Assembly: GCA_023260695.1 (NCBI GenBank)
Contig: JALQUR010000438.1
Location: 1,448 to 65,447, forward strand
Source of the DNA: Planctomycetaceae bacterium
GTDB taxonomy: Bacteria; Planctomycetota; Planctomycetia; Planctomycetales; Planctomycetaceae
Length of the DNA: 64,000 nucleotides
Direction: 5' to 3'
Positions 59,231 to 64,000 of the stretch are shown here, in pieces. Both the position numbers and the translations under genes were made by a program. The notes beneath the pieces are model-generated. The model was not told where the DNA came from, did no database searches, and saw only the letters and a program-made list of their open reading frames with translations. Each line of letters opens with the position of its first letter. Positions within the stretch are counted from its first letter, which is position 1.

Positions 59231-59548
59231 GTTCCTGTCCTTCACAGTATTTTCCGGCCAGCATCTGCCAGCCCGTATTTCTGAGTTGCAATCTGGTGCA
59301 CCGGCTGCATCGGCCGATGGAAACCGAAATTCCAGGCCCGATCCAACAGGAAGAATCGAGGATACTACGTAAGTAACCGTATTTCCGACAAGATCGTATA
59401 CTGTCGGCTACCGTTTGGCGATTGATCCGCCAGCAATCACAGTCACAACGTTGCCGAAGCTAGTTGAGGCCGGGCACAAATCTGCCGCCGAAAGCAGATT
59501 TTCCGGCGCTGCCAGCACCGCTCAACCGCGTTTCAGACACAACTCGGG

Positions 59549-61003
59549 TCAACGCAGCACGAGTGTCTGCAGCACAGCCTCGATCTCACTCCCGGATGAT
59601 TCCTCGCGGCTGGAAAGACTGGAAAACACCAGCGAATACTGCTCACCGCCCGGAGCTGTGCACAGACAGTAGCTGAACTGCACGCGATCACTTATTGCCG
59701 CTTGCGACCCGGAACCAGCGGCTGACTCTTCAGCCTGCGTTGACTTCACTGACATCCCGGCCTCAACGCGATGAACCCTCCAGCCCGCTGCCGTCCGCAG
59801 CACCCGACTGCCCATAACCGCCCCACCACGACTGGCCACCTGTTCAGTCACATCGCCGAGAAACTTCTGCTCGTCAGGCTCCTCGCCGACTCCCAGGGGC
59901 GGCAACCGCTTCAGGTTCAGTTGCCCGGCAAGAGCTCCCGACTGCAGCCGACGCAGAATCATCAGGTCAGATTCTTCCCGATACACGTGCCACTCACGAC
60001 TGATGACCATTGCCAGATCCCATGGTGTCTGCAGCGTGAGCAGTTGCTGGCTTGCCGCCGGGAGTTCTGCAGCTGGCAGAGCCGGACGAGTTTCCCCGGA
60101 CTGCTTCTCTGCCGACCAGCGAATCGTTGCAGTCACATCCAGTCCGGGACTGATCACACCGGAACTGCGTTTCTCCCGGAGTTCTGCCTGCAACGATGAC
60201 ACGAATCGGGAATCAGCCACGTACTGCAGCGTTCCCTGCACTTCAATTTCACTGGCTGAGCCCATAATGCCGCCATCACACTCAAACTGAAACGCAATCT
60301 CAGCGACACCACCAGCGATTTTCCGGACGACACAGTCCCCGGCATGATCGCTGCAGAAATCCAGTCCGCTCAGGAGCGGCAACAGCGTCCCCGGTACGTC
60401 CCAGCGTTGTCCCACCTGCAGATTGCCCTGCCCGTCCAGCAGTCCCGCGTCCATCAGTCCTGTGACGGGCAGCGGATCACAGGGGAACTGCAGCAGATCG
60501 ACCTGAGGCCGAGTCAGTCGCACTGACGGGCTGAGCTGAATCATCTGCTGCCGATCCTGATACACATGAATCAGCGTCGATTGTCCCGGCAACTGAGTCT
60601 GAATGCGGTGATCCCGGCCGACCACGGTTTCCGCATGAGCAACAGAAAACTGTCGGGCTGCACGAATCTGTCCGGATGCATCAGATGCTCCGAGCTCCGC
60701 ATGCTGCAGAAACTGAAACTCACTGCTGCCCTGAAGCGGATAGCGAGCGGTGCTGCTGCCCTCGCTCACGATCAGGGTCCCCTGCAGCTCCAGCTGATAC
60801 CTCAGTCTGGTCACTGCGGTGGTCGGGACATTGCTGCGGCCCGAACCTACGGGGCCGGCAACAACCGTGGCTGTCAGCAGCTGATTCCCCAGCAGCAGAA
60901 AAGCAATGCACGGGCAGATCCATCGCAGCGATCGACGCGCGTTCCGCTGGACCTGCTGACGCGGCCCGCTGTTGTTCCGGCGTCCCGATCTGAATTCTGG
61001 CAT
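59549..61003 (-). CDS. hypothetical exported/membrane-anchored protein
   Basis: 484 aa. It has a basic N-terminus followed by a hydrophobic helix WICPCIAFLLLGNQLLTATVVAG. I recognise no family motif. Confidence 0.6.
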   Translation of the reverse strand: MPEFRSGRRNNSGPRQQVQRNARRSLRWICPCIAFLLLGNQLLTATVVAGPVGSGRSNVPTTAVTRLRYQLELQGTLIVSEGSSTARYPLQGSSEFQFLQHAELGASDASGQIRAARQFSVAHAETVVGRDHRIQTQLPGQSTLIHVYQDRQQMIQLSPSVRLTRPQVDLLQFPCDPLPVTGLMDAGLLDGQGNLQVGQRWDVPGTLLPLLSGLDFCSDHAGDCVVRKIAGGVAEIAFQFECDGGIMGSASEIEVQGTLQYVADSRFVSSLQAELREKRSSGVISPGLDVTATIRWSAEKQSGETRPALPAAELPAASQQLLTLQTPWDLAMVISREWHVYREESDLMILRRLQSGALAGQLNLKRLPPLGVGEEPDEQKFLGDVTEQVASRGGAVMGSRVLRTAAGWRVHRVEAGMSVKSTQAEESAAGSGSQAAISDRVQFSYCLCTAPGGEQYSLVFSSLSSREESSGSEIEAVLQTLVLR

Positions 61004-61065
61004 TCCCTGATTCCTGCAAGCAGCCCTGTGGCGCTGTATTGCTCAACACATGCTGTGAATCTCGC

Positions 61066-61085
61066 ATTGTCGGCCGGCCGACAAT
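61066..61085. promoter_or_regulatory. perfect 20-bp palindrome ATTGTCGGCCGGCCGACAAT
   Basis: Read directly from the sequence. A third half-site CGACAAT lies at 61100-61106, 21 bp from the second. The palindrome lies 63-82 nt upstream of the 61003 start (minus) and about 250 nt upstream of the TauE start (plus). Confidence 0.35.
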
Positions 61086-61334
61086 AATACTACAGCGGGC
61101 GACAATCGCGGTACGTCACTTCGTTCGGATCTGATCGCAGTCTCGCGACAGACCGTCGTGGCGAATTTCGCACAGAGTACCACTTTCGCTTCCGGTCCGG
61201 TAAACCACGCTGTCTGCTGGCGTCGCAGGCTGCAGAGTGTCAGAATCCATCAGAACGGCGATGGGCTGACCGTAACAACCTTGCCTGTCGGCAGGCACAC
61301 TCGTTCCCCCCGTCATTCTGCAAAGTCAGACACT

Positions 61335-62204
61335 ATGGAATTATGGCAGGCACTGCTGCTTGTGTGTCCGGTCGCCTGTCTGGGTGGCGCAATTAATTCG
61401 ATCGCCGGCGGTGCAACCTTACTGACGTTTCCAGCTCTGCTGTATGCACTCGAAGGGATGGGCATTCCCGGCGGTCTGGCGATTCTCGCCAACGGCACCA
61501 ATAAGGTGGCCCTGTGCCCGGCTGCGTTTACAGGTGCCTGGGGGTATCGCCGCGAACTCCGCTCACTCGGCCGCCATGTTCTGCGACTCGCAGTTCCGAG
61601 CATTCTTGGCGCGTCCGTCGGCACTCTGGCGGTCGTATGGAATGAGGAGAAGAGCTTCCGATCAATGGTGCCGTGGCTGATCTCCACAGCCACCATACTG
61701 CTCATTCTGCAGCCACGTCTGTCAGCCATGCGGGAACAAAGGCAGCCATCGGATTCCTCGCAGCGAACAACCCTCCCGGTAATGCTTCTGCAGTTTCTGA
61801 TTGGAGTCTACGGCGGCTACTTTGGAGCAGGAATCGGAATCCTGATGATCACTTCGCTCTCGCTGCTGAACATCGGTGACATTCATCAGATCAACGCACT
61901 GAAGAATATTCTTGGTGGCCTGATCAACTGCGTGTCGATGGTCATTTTCCTCACCCACGGTGAAGTGGTCTGGAAGCTTGCCATCCCGATGATCATCTCA
62001 GCAATGGTCGGCGGCTGGCTGGGAGCAGCGTGGGCCAGAAGTCTGGATCGAACTCTGGTCCGCAAGATCATCATCGCCACGGGAATCTCGCTTTCAGTCT
62101 GGTACTTCGCCAGAACGTGGTTCGCTGCGGAGTCCCGCCCTGCACCGCCGGCTGAACCAGTGCTGCAGGATCGTGCACAACCAGCAACGGGCGTTCTCCG
62201 CTGA
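61335..62204 (+). CDS. TauE/SafE-family anion exporter membrane protein
   Basis: The ATG at 61335 gives MELWQALLLVCPVACLGGAINSIAGGATLLTFPALL. It has multiple TM helices and a second GGYFGAGIGILM repeat, which is typical of TauE/SafE. Confidence 0.8.
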   Translation: MELWQALLLVCPVACLGGAINSIAGGATLLTFPALLYALEGMGIPGGLAILANGTNKVALCPAAFTGAWGYRRELRSLGRHVLRLAVPSILGASVGTLAVVWNEEKSFRSMVPWLISTATILLILQPRLSAMREQRQPSDSSQRTTLPVMLLQFLIGVYGGYFGAGIGILMITSLSLLNIGDIHQINALKNILGGLINCVSMVIFLTHGEVVWKLAIPMIISAMVGGWLGAAWARSLDRTLVRKIIIATGISLSVWYFARTWFAAESRPAPPAEPVLQDRAQPATGVLR

Positions 62205-62227
62205 ACCACAGGTTCGACCACGCAGTC

Positions 62228-63250
62228 ATGACCGCTGATACCAATCCTCAGAATTCGAATACCTCACAGCGGCTGCGTGCCGTCTGTCGGCAGCAGCTGC
62301 AGAATCTGGTCCCGCCGGACGGACCACTCATCGTCGCTGTCTCCGGAGGTATTGACAGCATGGTGCTGCTGTACCTGCTGCAGATGCAGCCTGACCTGCG
62401 TCCGCGACTGCACGCAGCGCACATGAATCACGGACTTCGAGGCGAGGCCAGTGCAGCAGATGCAGCATTTGTGAGTTCCTGCTGCGAGAAGCTGAGCATT
62501 CCGCTGACGATCGAGCAGACCACTGCAGCTGAACTTCACGACTCCAGCCGCGGCAGCCTCGAAGAATCCGCTCGCAATGCGCGCTACGAATTCCTGCTGC
62601 GTCTTGCCGAAGAACTCTCAGCCGCTGCAGTACTCACCGCCCACCATGCCGACGACCAGTGTGAAACAGTGCTGCACAACCTGCTGCGCGGAACCGGACT
62701 CAGCGGACTGCAGGGGATGCAGGCTGTCCGACCGCTCTCTGATTCGGTAATGCTGGCCAGACCACTGCTGCAGGCGACGCGAGCAGAGCTCACTGCTTGC
62801 GCCGCAGACGAGCAGATTCCGTATATCAACGACTCCAGCAATCAGGATCTGAGCTTTCAGCGGAATCGACTGCGGCACCAGTTGATGCCGCTCCTGCAGG
62901 AAATCAGCGGCCCCGCTGTCACGCAGTCCCTGCTGCGATTGTCCGCGCAGGCTGGTGACGCCGTCGGGTTTCTGAACCAGCAGGCCGACGATCTGCTGCA
63001 GAAACATCTGCTGCAGTGCACCCCGGATTGTGTCCGCCTCCGGATCCAGCCACTTCAGCAGACCAACCCATTCCTGCTCAGACACACCTGTGTCCGGCTC
63101 TGGCAACAACAGAACTGGCCGCGACAGCGAATGACCGCTGCACACTGGCAGCGTCTGGCAGACCTGATCTGCGCGCCCGGCAGCCTCAGCCTGCCGGGTG
63201 GAATTCAGGCAGAGTCAGCTCGTGGGTTGCTGCTGCTTGTTCGCCACTGA
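62228..63250 (+). CDS. tilS: tRNA(Ile)-lysidine synthase
   Basis: The PP-loop is IVAVSGGIDSMVLL. HMNHGLRGE and TAHHADDQCETVLHNLLRG are present. Confidence 0.9.
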   Translation: MTADTNPQNSNTSQRLRAVCRQQLQNLVPPDGPLIVAVSGGIDSMVLLYLLQMQPDLRPRLHAAHMNHGLRGEASAADAAFVSSCCEKLSIPLTIEQTTAAELHDSSRGSLEESARNARYEFLLRLAEELSAAAVLTAHHADDQCETVLHNLLRGTGLSGLQGMQAVRPLSDSVMLARPLLQATRAELTACAADEQIPYINDSSNQDLSFQRNRLRHQLMPLLQEISGPAVTQSLLRLSAQAGDAVGFLNQQADDLLQKHLLQCTPDCVRLRIQPLQQTNPFLLRHTCVRLWQQQNWPRQRMTAAHWQRLADLICAPGSLSLPGGIQAESARGLLLLVRH

Positions 63251-63292
63251 ATTCCACCGGATCCGACCGGCTGACAGCCGCGTCCGAACAGC

Positions 63293-64000
63293 TCACTCTT
63301 TCTGAGCCTTCTCAGCCTGCACCCGCTGCATCGCCGTCTCTCGCGCTTTCGCAATCACATCGGCAACTTTGACGGGCACAAATCCCTGCCGTTTGCTTTC
63401 ATCTGCTGCTTCCATGAATGCGTAGAGGTCAATCGTCTCTGCGGCAGAAACAGGTACGTCTCCGCCGCGGAAGAACTTGACGATTTCCACAACAAGCGGA
63501 CGGTAACCCTCGTAAGGCCCCAGCTGGACAACACCTTCAGTCCCGAAGGCTGTTCCGCCATAGCCCGACTTACCGCTGCGAATCCCACGGAATGTCCCGA
63601 TGCGGCCGTCGTTCCAGACTCCTGTCACCACATCAAAGCCAGCTGAAGAACTGCGTGTCACAGTCTCTACTCCCGCGCCCATCGCAGTGAAGAGTGTTTC
63701 GCAACCGTGAATCCCGTACCAGAAAAGATCCGGATGAGTCGCTTCCAGGCTGCATGGAGAATAGGCGTCGCAGCCCGTCACCTCACCAATCGAACCATTG
63801 CGAACACTCTGGACTGAAGACGAATAACGCAGGGAAGAGGAACTGAACACGGGTGTCCCGTAGTGCTTCGCCAGCTCGTAGATTGCGATTGCATCTGCAA
63901 GTGATCCAGCTACAGGCTTGTCGATGAACACCGGCTTACCGGCCCTGAGGACAGGAATTACCTGCTCCAGATGCGGTCGCCCGTCATTTGTTTCCAGCAG
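63293..64000 (-). CDS. Gfo/Idh/MocA-family oxidoreductase (5' end beyond window)
   Basis: The frame stays open upstream of the ORF-track start to the window edge. It reads ...LLETNDGRPHLEQVIPVLRAGKPVFIDKPVAGSLADA..., which matches the typical GK.V..EKP motif. Confidence 0.8.
   Translation of the reverse strand: MLETNDGRPHLEQVIPVLRAGKPVFIDKPVAGSLADAIAIYELAKHYGTPVFSSSSLRYSSSVQSVRNGSIGEVTGCDAYSPCSLEATHPDLFWYGIHGCETLFTAMGAGVETVTRSSSAGFDVVTGVWNDGRIGTFRGIRSGKSGYGGTAFGTEGVVQLGPYEGYRPLVVEIVKFFRGGDVPVSAAETIDLYAFMEAADESKRQGFVPVKVADVIAKARETAMQRVQAEKAQKE

Noticed and set aside
62211-62219. GGTTCGACC, a tRNA T-loop-like string just upstream of tilS.
   Set aside because: No complementary T-stem, acceptor stem or anticodon arm can be drawn around it. 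I found no tRNA anywhere in the window.
1-64000. Searched for mobile elements, prophage, defence systems (restriction-modification, toxin-antitoxin, CBASS-like, Cas) and biosynthetic clusters.
   Set aside because: No transposase, integrase, recombinase, nuclease-ATPase defence signature, flanking inverted or direct repeat pair, or core biosynthetic enzyme was recognisable in any frame.

Overview
This 64-kb window is chromosomal and mostly housekeeping. I found no rRNA or tRNA genes, no CRISPR array, and no transposase, integrase or phage genes. I call about 42 protein-coding genes across both strands.

Gene content points to a Planctomycetota-type genome (inference). The evidence is two PSCyt/DUF1549/DUF1553 + DUF1501 gene pairs, a third stand-alone DUF1501, many Sec/Tat-exported hypotheticals, and pervasive long antisense ORFs.

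Recognisable blocks:
- ABM monooxygenase and a methyltransferase
- a membrane PP2C phosphatase and an OsmC-family protein
- a polyphosphate module (ROK sugar kinase, ppx, ppk1) followed by ispD
- a C45 peptidase, dus and an alpha/beta hydrolase
- guaA and cinA
- a lipoate ligase, xth and mogA
- the 2-oxoglutarate dehydrogenase genes sucA, sucB and lpdA
- carB, with no carA beside it
- a GT4 glycosyltransferase, prc, a TauE-family exporter, tilS and a partial Gfo/Idh/MocA oxidoreductase

The least ordinary block is about 20.5-29.9 kb. Two paralogous 3-TM envelope proteins of the function-unknown DUF4175/TIGR02302 type face each other. One carries a disordered polyanionic region of about 620 residues. 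Between them lie a secreted coiled-coil/Q-rich protein and a small acidic protein.

Other non-coding signals:
- a 17-bp tandem repeat array in the carB/GT4 intergenic region, whose 13-nt core recurs exactly at 17.3 kb
- a perfect 20-bp palindrome plus an extra half-site at 61.07 kb
- a perfect 14-bp palindrome upstream of one PSCyt gene
- an 8+8 inverted repeat upstream of sucA/mogA
- three clean intrinsic terminators

All family assignments come from motif-level reading of the translations. No database search was run.
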